From contig BROI01000021.1 in NCBI GenBank assembly GCA_027923505.1, forward strand, positions 1 through 64,000: a DNA stretch of 64,000 bases, given 5' to 3'. Each line of letters begins with the position of its first letter. The stretch's first letter is position 1. Below the pieces are notes generated by a model. The model worked only from the letters and a program-made list of their open reading frames with translations. It was not told where the DNA came from and searched no databases. A program made the position numbers and the translations under genes. This DNA is from Mayamaea pseudoterrestris. Lineage: Eukaryota. Of this stretch, positions 35,333-47,538 are shown piece by piece.

Positions 35333-37051
35333 TTATTGAGGAGTCGCCACAACCTCATTCTCAGTTCGACAAAATGTGTGTCGGTCGGCGCAAGGTATGT
35401 ATTGGGCGTCTCGTGCCAACGTCAATGGATTTCCGTACGCAATCGTCTCCTTGTGTTTTCGTATTGAAGTCCTTGCCATGTCAACCAAAGCACTATATTT
35501 GACCGGATCAAGACTTCTTGTTTCCGCTGGATCATTTACAGTGTCAAAGATCAATGGTGGGTCGTGCCATACATCAGCATCAGTGTTGTAGTGTGCACTC
35601 TTGGTTGAAAACATGATCTTAAATCTGCCAACTTTCATGCCAATTACATCCATCCGCCCAAACGGTTGCGGCAATGGACCGTCGTAGAATCCGTCTCGCC
35701 AGAGAAACAAAACGCGACCATCCGAGTCGTAGTCTTTTTCTGGTCCAAACATAACCGATGAAATATCTATTCCATCCAGAGTTTCCTTGGCCGTGACGTT
35801 CACTATAGACAAGATCGTGGGAAGAACATCAAGCGTCGAAACGAGTGCAGGCGTCACTGACCCAGCTTCTATACGTCCCGGCCACGATGCAATAGCCGGC
35901 ATGCGTAGATTAGCTTCCCACATTGATCCCAGTCCAGAGTCTTGTCCGCAATGAACTCCCGTTAATTGTTGACTCGTGTCGGGCAAAACGCACCGACGCG
36001 AATTGCTCTCCGTTGGAGACGAAACGTAGTCATGCGGACACGCGGTACAGTTCAAAGATACATGATCGACGAGCCACTGAGCTTGGAACGGTCCTTTTCT
36101 GCCGGAACAAGACTGCTCCGCCAGCCACGGTCCATTGTCGCTGGTGAAGACGACCAGAGTTTCATTCTTCACTCCAGCTTCTTCCAGTGCCAGCATGACT
36201 CTGCCAACAATCCGATCCATTTCCTCAACAGCATGGACAAAATCAGAAGACTCTTGTCTTCCGATGCCTCTGTGACTCCACTGACAAGTCGCTTGCTCGG
36301 GTTGGTCGCAAGGTGCGCAGAGTTGATGAACGTGTGAAAACGGAAGATAGAGAAAGAATGGTTGCTGCGTGTCAGCCGACGTTTGAATATATCGTTTCGC
36401 TCGGTCCGCATACATATCCGCCAATTGTTCCACTCGAAGTGGTTGCTGGACAATTTCGGAGTCTTGATAGAGCGGCAGCCAAATGGTTTTCTCCTTGTCG
36501 AACGCACAGACATGTCCATCAAGCGATCCGCCAGACATGTGGTAGGGGACGCCAAACCACTCATCAAAGCCTTGTTTCGTCGGTAAATAATCGCTTCGAT
36601 GTCCCAAGTGCCACTTTCCGATAATGGATGTAGCGTATCCAATTTCCTTTAAATACTCGGCAATGATTGTCTCATTGGGAGACAAGCCATTTTCGGCGTC
36701 TGGTTTAAAGACTCCAGGATATACTCCCGTTCGGACAGGATACTTCCCAGTCAGTAAGGCTGCACGACTCGCGGAACATAGATGAGCCGCCGAGTTCCAG
36801 TTGCTGAATCGAAGACCTTGCGACACTAATCGATCAATGTTTGGCGTTCTAGATGCTGATGGTGTGTCGACATCGACTTGTACTGGTAGAGACTCAAAGT
36901 CGGATGAAAACGCTCCAACGTCCGCGTATCCAAGATTGTCTGCAAACAATACGATTATATTAGGCTTGTTAGTCGCTCGGACTGTTCTTAAAGCGAATAC
37001 AAGGAGGCAATTAAATAGTGAACCTCGAGTGCGACGGCTTGAAATTGCCAT
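35333..37051 (-). CDS. Arylsulfatase-family sulfatase (signal peptide)
   Basis: PNIIVLFADNLG, CSASRAALLTG (CxxxR formylglycine motif), GKWHLG, FTSDNG. Confidence 0.93.
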   Translation of the reverse strand: MAISSRRTRGSLFNCLLVFALRTVRATNKPNIIVLFADNLGYADVGAFSSDFESLPVQVDVDTPSASRTPNIDRLVSQGLRFSNWNSAAHLCSASRAALLTGKYPVRTGVYPGVFKPDAENGLSPNETIIAEYLKEIGYATSIIGKWHLGHRSDYLPTKQGFDEWFGVPYHMSGGSLDGHVCAFDKEKTIWLPLYQDSEIVQQPLRVEQLADMYADRAKRYIQTSADTQQPFFLYLPFSHVHQLCAPCDQPEQATCQWSHRGIGRQESSDFVHAVEEMDRIVGRVMLALEEAGVKNETLVVFTSDNGPWLAEQSCSGRKGPFQAQWLVDHVSLNCTACPHDYVSSPTESNSRRCVLPDTSQQLTGVHCGQDSGLGSMWEANLRMPAIASWPGRIEAGSVTPALVSTLDVLPTILSIVNVTAKETLDGIDISSVMFGPEKDYDSDGRVLFLWRDGFYDGPLPQPFGRMDVIGMKVGRFKIMFSTKSAHYNTDADVWHDPPLIFDTVNDPAETRSLDPVKYSALVDMARTSIRKHKETIAYGNPLTLARDAQYIPCADRHTFCRTENEVVATPQ

Positions 37052-37307
37052 GGTCGTGAATGTTCGATGTGATTTAGATGCTTTTTGATGACGTCATGAA
37101 AAGCATGGCTTGCTCGCCCTTAACGCTCTATCACCGACATCATTTAGATGGACGCCGGGCGAGCGACTCCCACCAACTCATCGCGTCTCGCCAATTCGCA
37201 CCTTTTCTCTCATCACGCGCTGCACCCATCCCATCGAGACTGAACAAGAGCGCACCTTAATTGAGAGAGTACACGTAAAGAGCATATTACCACCCCAAAT
37301 AAACACC

Positions 37308-40300
37308 ATGAGTATTGGAAGTGGCGTAGCTAGCTCAGCCATGATTTTATCGCCGCTGTCCGTCTTTAGTCCGCGAGATCCTGGAGGAACAGATGCTTCC
37401 ACAGGCCTTGAGGTTTTAATGGGAGAGGAACCGGCTGGTGTCCCGCCAAGCGGAGGATCCGACGTTGGACTGCCCACTTTTGTCATGCAGCAGAGACATG
37501 GAGGTGGACAACCAGCGACTCCAGTGCGACAGCATTTTCGATCTCAGTCAACGTCAGATCTAATAGAGACAACGAATGAGATGGTGCCATACCTAGTCGG
37601 CCAGCCACCGCCACCGCCACCACCAAAGAGTCCTCCACCTGAGCGACGTCATCGCAGCAAGAGCACGCCTCGGATCTCAAACCGTTCATACTCTTTTGAA
37701 GACTCGACTGTGGCGACGGCTGATTCGCATCATCCCCCGCCAAGCATTCACACGCAGCGACCCGTGGAGGAGCGACTTCGAGTGGCGAGAACACTATCAT
37801 TGGCAAGGGAACTAGATCAAGAACGATATAATCGTGTTGTGGATCCGCCCTCAAGTATGCATGGAACGAGTATTGGTGACGCAAGTGGCCCATTTGTATC
37901 TGTACCGACGCCTTGCTCCGCCAGTGAAGGCAACGAACCGACGCCAAGAGCCGTCTACGGGCAGGAGAATCGAAGACCGTCGACGTCATCGTCCAAGGAA
38001 ACGTCTGCGGTGCAGTTGTCACCGCATTCTCCACTGAGTATTACGACATTGACTCCCTCTGCCTCGCTTGGTCGCCCTCAACAAGCCGCACCCTTGTCAG
38101 CTTCAGCTTTGCTAAGGGGAAATGGTAAAGTACAGGTCTTTACGGCTCAAAGCAACGTTTCGACCAAGCATTCGCGCATGTATCAGCAGGAGCCGCCGCC
38201 CCCACCTCCTCTCGACTATCGGGAAATTCAGCCTTCTCGAACTTCAGAAACCTTGGATACAATGGCAACGACAAGGACGGTGCCAAATCGTCGCCATCAG
38301 TCACAAGTTGGTCGAGTGAACACCGTGAGAGCTGGACGGTCGTTTGATGAGACTGGAGCCAAACCAAAGGATGAAAAGCGAAGTTTCTTTGGAAAACTCT
38401 TTGGCAGAAACAAGAAAAAGAAGGGGAGCATCAAAGCGATTGGGTTAGGACATGGTTTTCAGTTGGACGATGCTGCTACACATACCTCTAAGTCAAATCA
38501 TTCTTCCAAGAAAAGCTTGGCGACAGCAACGACGGTAACGCAGCATGCTGTTGCTACTACAGCTTCACCTGCTTATCATCCACGACACGACACGATGCAG
38601 CAGCATGAGTATGGTGTCATTCACAGGCGCGATTTCTCACCTGCCGACCAATACCATCAACTTGCCCGCACTGACAGCGATCGGCCAGGATCAATCTTCT
38701 TTTCGCACGATGAGGTGAGCGCCATGACAATACCGACCTTCGATGCAAGCATGCGATTAAAAGACCCAGAGGAAATTCGCTTCAACAAAAGCTCGGAACC
38801 TGTTGGCACGCACTGGAGCATTATGGGTAAGGCGGACACGATTGCGGAAAGTGGTGAATCGATGGACTCAATTCGTGAACCCGATGGTGCGTCACCAAGA
38901 GCAGGTTGGCACGTCAATGAATTGATGCATTCTGTGGCATCTCCGTTAAATGATCCGGTGGGAGAGCAAGGCTTTGGAACAACGCTGAATGCAATCCTTC
39001 AAGATCCTTCGCCAAGAGGCTTTCAGTCGCCTTCGTTTAGCCAGCATATGTTCAATGATCCTGTTGGTGGTTCACCGCTTCATAAGCAATTCCGTGGCCC
39101 GTCGGCGTTTCTAGACGGCTCACCGTACGCCCAAGATCCGCCGTTGTATCTTTTCGAAAGAGATTTGCCGTCATCGAATGAGGCGGACAGTGAAACAAAG
39201 AGAACAATACTTTCAAAATCAACATCATTGAAGCGCATCGACTCAGTCTTGTCCCTTCTATCGATCCCTCCTCCGCCGCCGCCGCCGCCGCCACCAAAGA
39301 CGCAAACGCCACCACCGCAACGAAACCTTGCTTTGAAAATGGCTTGCAGTCAAGACGAGTCGCGCAAAGTACTTTTTGAAAAAGCTATTCTTTCACCGCC
39401 TCCGCCTCCAAGCATGCCTCCGCCGCGACACTCTTCTTCCTCTTCTAAAGGCAAGAGACGAAAAACGCCTTCTCCAATTTATTTGGATAAGGTAAGGTCC
39501 GGTCCATCAACAGATCAGTCAGAGTCTATTGGACTACAGATTACAAAGCAAGTAGATGACTTGCAAGTGAGAAAATGCCTTGGCTTGACGCTCCCGTTAG
39601 GTGTTCCGGCATATTCCCCCAAGAATCAAGACTTACACCAGACGACAGCCATGATTGACGGAGCGCCTCAATGTAAAGATATAAAGACTGTGACGGGTAT
39701 TCAGTTAAATGATGTCACTAAGCCGAAGCTCAAGAAGGATATTGAAAGTATTGTCATAACATCCGCTTACGAAGAAGGTGATCGAGAGCTTCAAAAGAAG
39801 GATACAGGAGCGGGAGTCGCTATAACTGACAATCATGAGGCTCATCCGCATCCCCTCACAAAATCGAGACTACCGGTAGTTGGTGATAAAATGCTTTCAG
39901 CCACTGCCATCACAATCAATGACATTGATGGCAAAGCGGAAGAAAGCACGAGCTTTGCACCTATCCTAACGCCTGAAGAGCAATTGACAGTAGATATGCC
40001 TGCAGAGAGCATCGAGGCGCACATTATGTTGACACCAATTGTTGTAAATATTGGCTCGGATCGCCAGACGAAGCAAAGTAACTCGATTAACGCCTTCGGA
40101 TTCCCTTTCAAAGATCCATTTTCTGAAGCTCCAGCACCGGCATTAAAAAAATCAGTCGGAGACGAAATGGTTGATAAGCTAAAGAGCGCAGTAAGTCGCA
40201 CCATCCTTCCAGTCGCTACGAATCCACTTATCCCACAGACGTTAACAAACCTTGCCCCAACTAGGGCGTATCAGGCAAAGTCGGATCTTGATGTCACCGC

Positions 40301-43300
40301 GAACAAATGTCCGGCATCAGCTCAACAGCTGGTCGAAAAGGTGACCGCTGGTCGACCTTCACTACCAGAAGCATGTGCTACAACGAGCGTGCCTTATCAA
40401 AATCGCGGTCGATTAAAGTTGCAAAGGACCACATCTCCATTGGCAGTGAGAACGCATTATTGCTCAGATGATGATCCAGAGGCAGTCACGCCAAGACGAA
40501 ACAGGAGGAACTTCATTCTCACCAGACGTATAAAAAAGTCTCGTAGCGGTGATGGGAATTTGATTTGTCATGCAAACGTCTCACCCACAGCTTATGTCTG
40601 TCGCAGTCAGACGACGCTGCCAAGATATCCTGGTAGATTGGGCGATAGTTCCGATGATGAGTCGCTCGGTAGCCCAACACTGCAGGGAAGTAAAGATAAA
40701 GCACATTGTGTCAAAATGTCAAGTAAGGAAGAAAGGAACATACTATCAGAGTCGCGAAAGGCTTCAGACCGACATCTTACAATGTCAGGAGCTGCACGGA
40801 TGAATGCAAAGGCGGTCGCTTATATACATTCACTCAATGGTGACCCATCACCTAGACACCATTGGCGCCGTCCTAGCGTAGACGATAATACTCCTTTGTC
40901 CACACCAATGGCAAGAAAGACTAGCAAAGTGGCGTTATCGTCACTGTCTACAGGCGAAACAGAGGTCGAAATGGTGTGTATACATCCAGTGAGAAAAGAA
41001 GATGTCCGCGTGTTTTCGGCGTACAGCGAAAAGTTTAAGGGGAGGAAGCCAGCAAAGTCATTCCTTGTGAGAGAAACTCGCGCCGGAACACCTAGGACAC
41101 CGAAAATTGCCACGCCGACAGCCAAACAAAGTCAGTCAAAAGAAGTCCCGATTTGGAGACGAAAGGATTTTAAAGGACGAAACATTAGCGTATCGCGTGT
41201 TGCTGTGTGTCTCGGTTACAATCTTCGCCGGCAGAAGCGCATTCATAATCTTGTCAGCGGCCAAGCAAAACCTGTCGTAATGAAAGCGACAGTAAAGGTC
41301 CCCAAAGCCCAATCATACTTCGGGCCCCTTTCCGAACCTGAACCGAGAGATCCTATTTTACGTGCAGGTCGTCGGCTTTTATCAAAATCAGCTATTCCTG
41401 TACAGGCTGCAGCCCGGAGGTACCTTGCGCAAAAGGAAGCCGTAGACCGAATGTGGGCGTTGCTGGGAATCCAGTCTTATACGCGACGCTGGCGTGCTGA
41501 GGCTAACTTTCTGGCATCTCGGGTCTCTGCAACCGAAATTCAAAAAGTTTTCCGAGGCGTTCTCGTTCGAACTACAATCAAACGCCAGCGAGACGCAGCT
41601 ACAGAGATGCAACGCGTTTTTCGAGGGTACGTCGCAGCCTTATACGTCTATGAGGAAGTTTACAAGATAATTCTTATCCAGGCCAAAGTGCGGGCGATGC
41701 AAGCAAGGGCGCAGCTGTTTATGCAAGTCTACTGCGCAGTTAGAATACAGGCTGCATTTCGGGGCGTCCGGAGCCGGCAATTGCATAAGCGTCAACGTCG
41801 CAGTATCATTGTATTGCAGGCCACATGGCGGATGTACCAAATTCGACAATGTTTTCAATTTTTGGTTGTGGACGTCATAATATGCCAAAGTATCTGGCGT
41901 CGGTGGCTCGCCAATCGCCGTGCTTACGAGATTCGACGCATGGTCAAAAAGAAGGCAGCAGTCAAGGTTCAAGCGACCTGGCGGTGTCACTCCATATCGA
42001 CAAAGTATAGACTCAATCGAGCTGCTACGCGAATACAGTCTGTCTTACGCATGTTTACGGCCAACCGAGAACTTGCCATTCTCCGAGCATCAACTATGAT
42101 CCAGCGCACATGGAAACAATACCTTTCATTAAAATCAGCAGCCGAAAACGCTGCCGCCACAAGAATACAAACAGTCGCTCGCCGTTGGCCACTCTGGCGT
42201 GCGTATCTGCGTCACCAAGCAGCAGTTCGCATTCAGGCCATGATTCGGCGGTACGCCGCCTCAAATGCATTCCGCGCCTACATAGCAGCAAAAAAGATTC
42301 AGGCGCTTGTTCGGGGCTTTATGCTGCGTATTATCACAAAGAGAATTCTATGCGCAGTAAAAATCCAGGCCCAAGCTAGAGGAATTATCGCATACAATGC
42401 TTACGAGCGTTATTGTGCAGCGACAGCGATCCAGGCTGTTTGGCGAGGCTTCCAGGCGTACACGGACTTTATATTTCTGTTGGTCGATGTCCATATTGTG
42501 CAAAGGTCAATCAGAGGCTTGCTAGCAAGAAACTCAGTGGATGCAATGCGTAAGAAAAGGGCCGCCCTTAGGATACAGTGCCAGTGGAGATGCTGGAGCG
42601 CGAGACACCGCTTTGTCATGTTTATATCCCAGATCATCAAACTACAGACGGTCGCACGGTGCTTCGTTGCCAAAATGAAAGTTAATACCATGCGTCAGGA
42701 TGAAGATGATGAAAAGGATAAGCAAATCAAGGCTGCAACGAAAATTCAAACAGCATGGAGAGGCTTTCGGCTTTCCTCACACTATAAGCGAACGAAGGCG
42801 GCGATGACAATCCAAGCAACCTGGAGAGGGTTTTGGCTTTATTCCCACTATCTGATAATGCGCTATGAAGCGCTTCGTCTCCAAGCTTTGGTCCGAGGCA
42901 GAGCCGCGGTGACAAAATACCATCTTACCCTCGGCTGCTGCATTATGATACAAACGACGATCCGCAAATATTTAGCAACAATGCGCAAGACGCAGATGAT
43001 GACGCAGATGGGACTTATGGAGTCATCTGTGACCCGCCTGCGTGAAAGAAACGCTGCCAAACGATTGCAAGTTTGGTGGCGAATCGTCCTTGCCTGTCAG
43101 AAGGAGAAGAAAGCTGCTTTGGTCATCGAGAGATTTTTCGTCATGGTGAAACAAGAGGTAGATCGAGAAATAAAACGCGCTCAGGAACGTCTTAAGCTGA
43201 AAAAGCTAAAACGAAAGAAGCGGAAAGAAGGAGACAAGGCACTTGACGAGGTTTGGCTAAAAATGCTTGACGACGACTCTAGCCACGCCGACGTTTACTC

Positions 43301-43964
43301 AGTACATACTCAAAGTCCACGTGAAGCTGGCAATGGCTCATCCGTGAGTATGCTTGAGAAGAAAATGACTGTTAGACACGCGGCTTCGTCGCCTTCTATG
43401 AAACTCGTAATGCGTCACGACCGCGAAATGAGTCCTTGCAGAGGTGCCCGCTCTTATGTGCCCCACAAGTCACTTGCGCGACAATTCAAGTCGCTTCTGG
43501 ACGATGATAAGTCGATCGACGTAACGCCACGATCGCTCCTCGATGATGAAGATTCTACATTTGGTGCAGATTCTACATTTGGTGCCGACTCAACCTTGAG
43601 CATCCGTAGCAACCAGTCAAGCTCGGCCGAGAAATACCGGCTTATGTACGGCATCAAGACGGAACCCAACAGAGTTTCTAGAAGAAACCATTTTTTCGAT
43701 GACTCGTCAGTGAACTCCCCCAGGCTTTCATCCAACAAAAATCGCAATTCGTCACCTTCGCCTAGAAATTCGTCTTCCAAATTGATTCCAAGAAGTCGCA
43801 GCAGTGGCGGAAAATCGGCTCTTCCCCGACCGGAACAAAGTCCCCGGCATGGAAAGATTCTGGTCATGCAGCCATATCCCGATGTTATGAACAAGGTCAA
43901 GAAACAGACTATAATGGATGAAGAAGATGCTTTGACAGGCCGCGAAGAGTTTGGATTGATCTGA
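37308..43964 (+). CDS. Giant IQ-motif calmodulin-binding protein (ASPM-like repeats) with Pro/Ser-rich disordered flanks
   Basis: Single ORF of about 2200 aa with about 20 IQxxxRGxxxR-like repeats in the C-terminal half. First ATG at 37308. Confidence 0.88.
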   Translation: MSIGSGVASSAMILSPLSVFSPRDPGGTDASTGLEVLMGEEPAGVPPSGGSDVGLPTFVMQQRHGGGQPATPVRQHFRSQSTSDLIETTNEMVPYLVGQPPPPPPPKSPPPERRHRSKSTPRISNRSYSFEDSTVATADSHHPPPSIHTQRPVEERLRVARTLSLARELDQERYNRVVDPPSSMHGTSIGDASGPFVSVPTPCSASEGNEPTPRAVYGQENRRPSTSSSKETSAVQLSPHSPLSITTLTPSASLGRPQQAAPLSASALLRGNGKVQVFTAQSNVSTKHSRMYQQEPPPPPPLDYREIQPSRTSETLDTMATTRTVPNRRHQSQVGRVNTVRAGRSFDETGAKPKDEKRSFFGKLFGRNKKKKGSIKAIGLGHGFQLDDAATHTSKSNHSSKKSLATATTVTQHAVATTASPAYHPRHDTMQQHEYGVIHRRDFSPADQYHQLARTDSDRPGSIFFSHDEVSAMTIPTFDASMRLKDPEEIRFNKSSEPVGTHWSIMGKADTIAESGESMDSIREPDGASPRAGWHVNELMHSVASPLNDPVGEQGFGTTLNAILQDPSPRGFQSPSFSQHMFNDPVGGSPLHKQFRGPSAFLDGSPYAQDPPLYLFERDLPSSNEADSETKRTILSKSTSLKRIDSVLSLLSIPPPPPPPPPPKTQTPPPQRNLALKMACSQDESRKVLFEKAILSPPPPPSMPPPRHSSSSSKGKRRKTPSPIYLDKVRSGPSTDQSESIGLQITKQVDDLQVRKCLGLTLPLGVPAYSPKNQDLHQTTAMIDGAPQCKDIKTVTGIQLNDVTKPKLKKDIESIVITSAYEEGDRELQKKDTGAGVAITDNHEAHPHPLTKSRLPVVGDKMLSATAITINDIDGKAEESTSFAPILTPEEQLTVDMPAESIEAHIMLTPIVVNIGSDRQTKQSNSINAFGFPFKDPFSEAPAPALKKSVGDEMVDKLKSAVSRTILPVATNPLIPQTLTNLAPTRAYQAKSDLDVTANKCPASAQQLVEKVTAGRPSLPEACATTSVPYQNRGRLKLQRTTSPLAVRTHYCSDDDPEAVTPRRNRRNFILTRRIKKSRSGDGNLICHANVSPTAYVCRSQTTLPRYPGRLGDSSDDESLGSPTLQGSKDKAHCVKMSSKEERNILSESRKASDRHLTMSGAARMNAKAVAYIHSLNGDPSPRHHWRRPSVDDNTPLSTPMARKTSKVALSSLSTGETEVEMVCIHPVRKEDVRVFSAYSEKFKGRKPAKSFLVRETRAGTPRTPKIATPTAKQSQSKEVPIWRRKDFKGRNISVSRVAVCLGYNLRRQKRIHNLVSGQAKPVVMKATVKVPKAQSYFGPLSEPEPRDPILRAGRRLLSKSAIPVQAAARRYLAQKEAVDRMWALLGIQSYTRRWRAEANFLASRVSATEIQKVFRGVLVRTTIKRQRDAATEMQRVFRGYVAALYVYEEVYKIILIQAKVRAMQARAQLFMQVYCAVRIQAAFRGVRSRQLHKRQRRSIIVLQATWRMYQIRQCFQFLVVDVIICQSIWRRWLANRRAYEIRRMVKKKAAVKVQATWRCHSISTKYRLNRAATRIQSVLRMFTANRELAILRASTMIQRTWKQYLSLKSAAENAAATRIQTVARRWPLWRAYLRHQAAVRIQAMIRRYAASNAFRAYIAAKKIQALVRGFMLRIITKRILCAVKIQAQARGIIAYNAYERYCAATAIQAVWRGFQAYTDFIFLLVDVHIVQRSIRGLLARNSVDAMRKKRAALRIQCQWRCWSARHRFVMFISQIIKLQTVARCFVAKMKVNTMRQDEDDEKDKQIKAATKIQTAWRGFRLSSHYKRTKAAMTIQATWRGFWLYSHYLIMRYEALRLQALVRGRAAVTKYHLTLGCCIMIQTTIRKYLATMRKTQMMTQMGLMESSVTRLRERNAAKRLQVWWRIVLACQKEKKAALVIERFFVMVKQEVDREIKRAQERLKLKKLKRKKRKEGDKALDEVWLKMLDDDSSHADVYSVHTQSPREAGNGSSVSMLEKKMTVRHAASSPSMKLVMRHDREMSPCRGARSYVPHKSLARQFKSLLDDDKSIDVTPRSLLDDEDSTFGADSTFGADSTLSIRSNQSSSAEKYRLMYGIKTEPNRVSRRNHFFDDSSVNSPRLSSNKNRNSSPSPRNSSSKLIPRSRSSGGKSALPRPEQSPRHGKILVMQPYPDVMNKVKKQTIMDEEDALTGREEFGLI

Positions 43965-44228
43965 GGCAGAGAAGCTACTAAGTCTGTTGTCCACAAAATA
44001 ATTGTTATAACTTAATGAAACCAGCCTTTTGACTGAGACGGAAGTTTAATTTAAACTGTGTTTTGTCGTAGCCAAACATCCACCCTTGCATACGGCTAAC
44101 GATATTTAAAAGGCAAGGTATGTACGTTGTGTCAAGACCCATTTGCACTCCTTTCCATCGACCTGACACCCCAAAATGACAGTGCCGTACCCAATGAAAT
44201 ACGCCACTGCGTTTCTAAAATATTCCGC

Positions 44229-45500
44229 TCACTCTGCGGCAGACTGTACTGTCGATAGTGGCTGATGGTCATACTCGTAACAGGCAGACTTGCATTGCCC
44301 AAAACCTCGCACTTGCAAGCAATCGTCGTATACGTCAATCATGGCGTACGTGCTAATAGGAGCTGGACTTTCCAGAACAGCCTCAACGACTCGAAAATGT
44401 ATGCCGCTAGTGTCGCGCTTGTAGCCACCCTTGTGCGCGTGTCCCGCAAACGACGCCACAACAACATCTCTATACATTCGTAGGACGGCCAATACTTGCT
44501 TGTAGTTCCACATGAGACAGACTGGTGAACTGGAACCTGGCAGTATGGGTTGATGTGATATTATAATGCAGCGCTCTTTTCGTGTTCGTACTTGTTCCAG
44601 TTCCTTGCGAAGCCATTCGAGTTGAATCTCACCAACGCCGCCGTTAAAGCCAACGAATCGTTGCTGAACCCCAACAAGTCCTTCCGGTGAATTGATATTG
44701 TTCAAAATGTAGTTTGGATTATTGCGTTTTAATATTTCTTCGGCATGTTTTCGTTTGACAGAATGTTTGGCGCATCGCTGAATGGAAAGGTCATACGAGT
44801 CGAGCGTAATAATGTTCCAGCCCTTGTGACGAAAGTTCGAGTAGCCAACCATCTCACCGCAAGGTTCAGTGACAAAAGATATTCCAAGCTTGTTTGCAAG
44901 CGTTATGCGGTCTAAATTGTACAAGCAATGATTCCCGTACGTGTGTAAAGTAGGTCCGTGATCATATACACTAAGCGCATCAAGCACGTCGTCAACGGCT
45001 TGGTCTCCAGGATTTACACCAGCAGGCAATGGCTCGCCTCCGTGTAAAGTTGCGTTTTGGCACTTTCCATCGACAATGTCGCTGTGCAGATTGGTGTATG
45101 AGTTTATGAGTATGGTGTATGATGCGAATGCGACAGTGACTTCGAGTTTTGCCTTGAAGCAAATAAAGGTACAGTAACGAGTACTGTACTCGCAACGATA
45201 AACTCACCCCAAATTAACGACAAGGTCAACTTGCGCCTGCTGAAAATGAGTTGCAGCGCTTCTCGCCGCATCTAATGCATGGCGATAGTACCTGGGATTG
45301 CCACTGTAGCTGTATCCGTCAGGAATAGGTGCGTATTGAATGTCGGCAATGAGACCAAAGGTGAATTGCGAGGCACCTCGTGACTTGACGGCAGCTACTT
45401 GAGAGTCTCTTGGACTCGATTCCTTATTCAATGATGCCGAGCGTCGAATGAGGCGGTGTGATCTTCGGAGCTGCGTCAAGTCGTTTAGTTGCGACGGCAT
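44229..45500 (-). CDS. ADPRM: Mn-dependent ADP-ribose/CDP-alcohol diphosphatase (intron 45082-45207)
   Basis: FGLIADIQY, RYYR, spliced NLG|DIVDG, GNHC, FNGG, SHQP, AGHAHKGGY. Confidence 0.88.
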
Positions 45501-45835
45501 GACGAGGGCGTAATGTGACGGCAGAATTGACTGTAAAAGCTCAAAATGAACGAGGAAAAGTCGGCAAAGTGAAAGACAAAGACGCATGAATACTTTACAA
45601 AAGTGTTTTGAAAAATTCAAGGTAGGTGCTGGTGGATTATCCCAAGAACGACTACTAGCACTTGACAAGCATTTTGGTCGTGCACATGTTTGCTTTGTCG
45701 TCGCCGTCGAATGTGTGGACTTTATACCGGTACGATACCGGCACGACCAGTAGTTTGTCACTTCTAACTGGGACATTGGAACGAGCTTGAACGTTTCTGA
45801 ATGCAATCTACTTTCTTCAGTCACCATATTATAAC

Positions 45836-47341
45836 TTAATTCCCAGCCTGACTCTTGGCGAGTGCCTGATGCAAATCCTGAATCAAGTCGGAGCAGCTTT
45901 CAATGCCCACTGACAATCGAATCAAAGCATCATCAATTCCCAGCAAGACGCGCTGGTCGTCAGGAACAGAAGCATGTGTCATGAGACTAGGACTCTCGGC
46001 GAGCGATTCAACAGCGCCCAAGGATTCGGCCAAGGCAAACACGCGGAGCTGTGGAGGTTGAGAGTGGCCGCGTGGTATAGACAATTTAAGAGTTTGTATT
46101 CCAACCATGACCATATGTCATCCATAGCAAATATACTTACATTTGTTAGAAATAGTTCCGCTTCCGCGCGACCTCCCTTGACGAAAAAGGTAATCATAGC
46201 ACCAGGCCCGTGCTGCTGCTTACGAGCCAGTTCGTACTGCGGATGCGACGGCAAGCCTGGATACAACACCTTCGCTACAGTTCCATTTGCAACTCCCTCC
46301 TTTTCCAAGTACAAGGCAATTGCCTGGGCGTTTTGACAAGCCGCTTGCATGCGGACGTGTAGAGTCTTGAGTCCGCGGTGCACCAAAAAGCAGTCAAATG
46401 GCGATGGCACGGCTCCAATTCCATTCTGTACAAATCTCAACTGTCGATACAATGATTCAGAGTTGGTGCAAACCAACCCCAAGACAACGTCCGAGTGTCC
46501 GCCAATGTATTTCGTTGCCGAGTGAACCACCAAGTCGGCTCCGAGCGCCAATGGCGACTGGAAGTATGGCGAGCAAAAGGTATTGTCCACGGCCAAGATG
46601 CAGCTCATCTTGTGCTTCTCATTATGCTCTTTGATGGTTTTAGCGACGAGAGCAATGTCGGTAATCTTGAGCGTTGGATTGGTGGGTGTTTCGAGCCATA
46701 CCAATCGAGTCTGTTCCTGCAACGCCAGTTCGTTTACTTTGGAGTCCGTGCTCATATCAACAAAATCAATCTTCATGCCCATGGTCGGTTGAACAATGCG
46801 CCGAAAGTACCGCTGCGTTCCACCGTAAACGTCATCGACGCACATAACATGCGCTTGGTGCTCCAAACAATGCAAGACGGCCGATGTTGCTGCACTCCCT
46901 GACGAAAAGGCAACGGCAAATGTAGCCGCCTCAGCGTGCGCAACGGCTCTCTCCAGTGCACCTCGCGTCGGATTTCCTGTACGAGAGTATTCATAGCCAG
47001 CGCCAAAGCTATTCGGGTCGTCCGACGCTCGTGCAACGCCTGGAGTCGTTTGATGGAAGGTAGTGGCTAGGCTGATTGGCACGACAACGGCGCCAGTTGG
47101 ATTGGCTCTGGCTTCACATTCAGCGTCATCATGATTGACATGCAAGTATTTGGTACCTTGCCCTCGAAAAGGGTCTGTAAGAATGAAAGGTGCAAGTATG
47201 TGCAGTGTGACGAGTCAGCTTGGACCTCTTGACGTGAAAGCGTGACAGAGCTACAACAGAATCTTTCATCGGCAGGCTTGTCAAGACTCAAGACTTACCA
47301 GCTGCTTTAATCGCCTCTTGTACTTCTTTCAATGTCGACAT
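45836..47341 (-). CDS. CTH: Cystathionine gamma-lyase (PLP-dependent trans-sulfuration family), 3 exons
   Basis: YEYSRTGNPTR, WLETPTNP, VDNTF, HSATKYIGGHSDV, LAESLG, IRLSVGIE. Introns at about 46051-46140 and 47175-47298. Confidence 0.9.
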
Positions 47342-47538
47342 TGTAATCGTTACTCTATCTATGCTTGGTCTTGCGTAGTATTGGAGTAATCTATCTATAG
47401 TGGTACAACTACCGGTACGTTAAACAATAATGGCCGAGCAGATCGTGTCAGATGCCATGGCTCATCACGGAACGTTCCTCGCGCGACGAATTCGATGGGA
47501 CCGATAGAGCGTCGGTGCGGTCAAGGCATATTTAAAAG

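Noticed and set aside
45979..46140. Frameshift in cystathionine gamma-lyase
   Set aside because: Explained by a GTAAGT...CAG intron.
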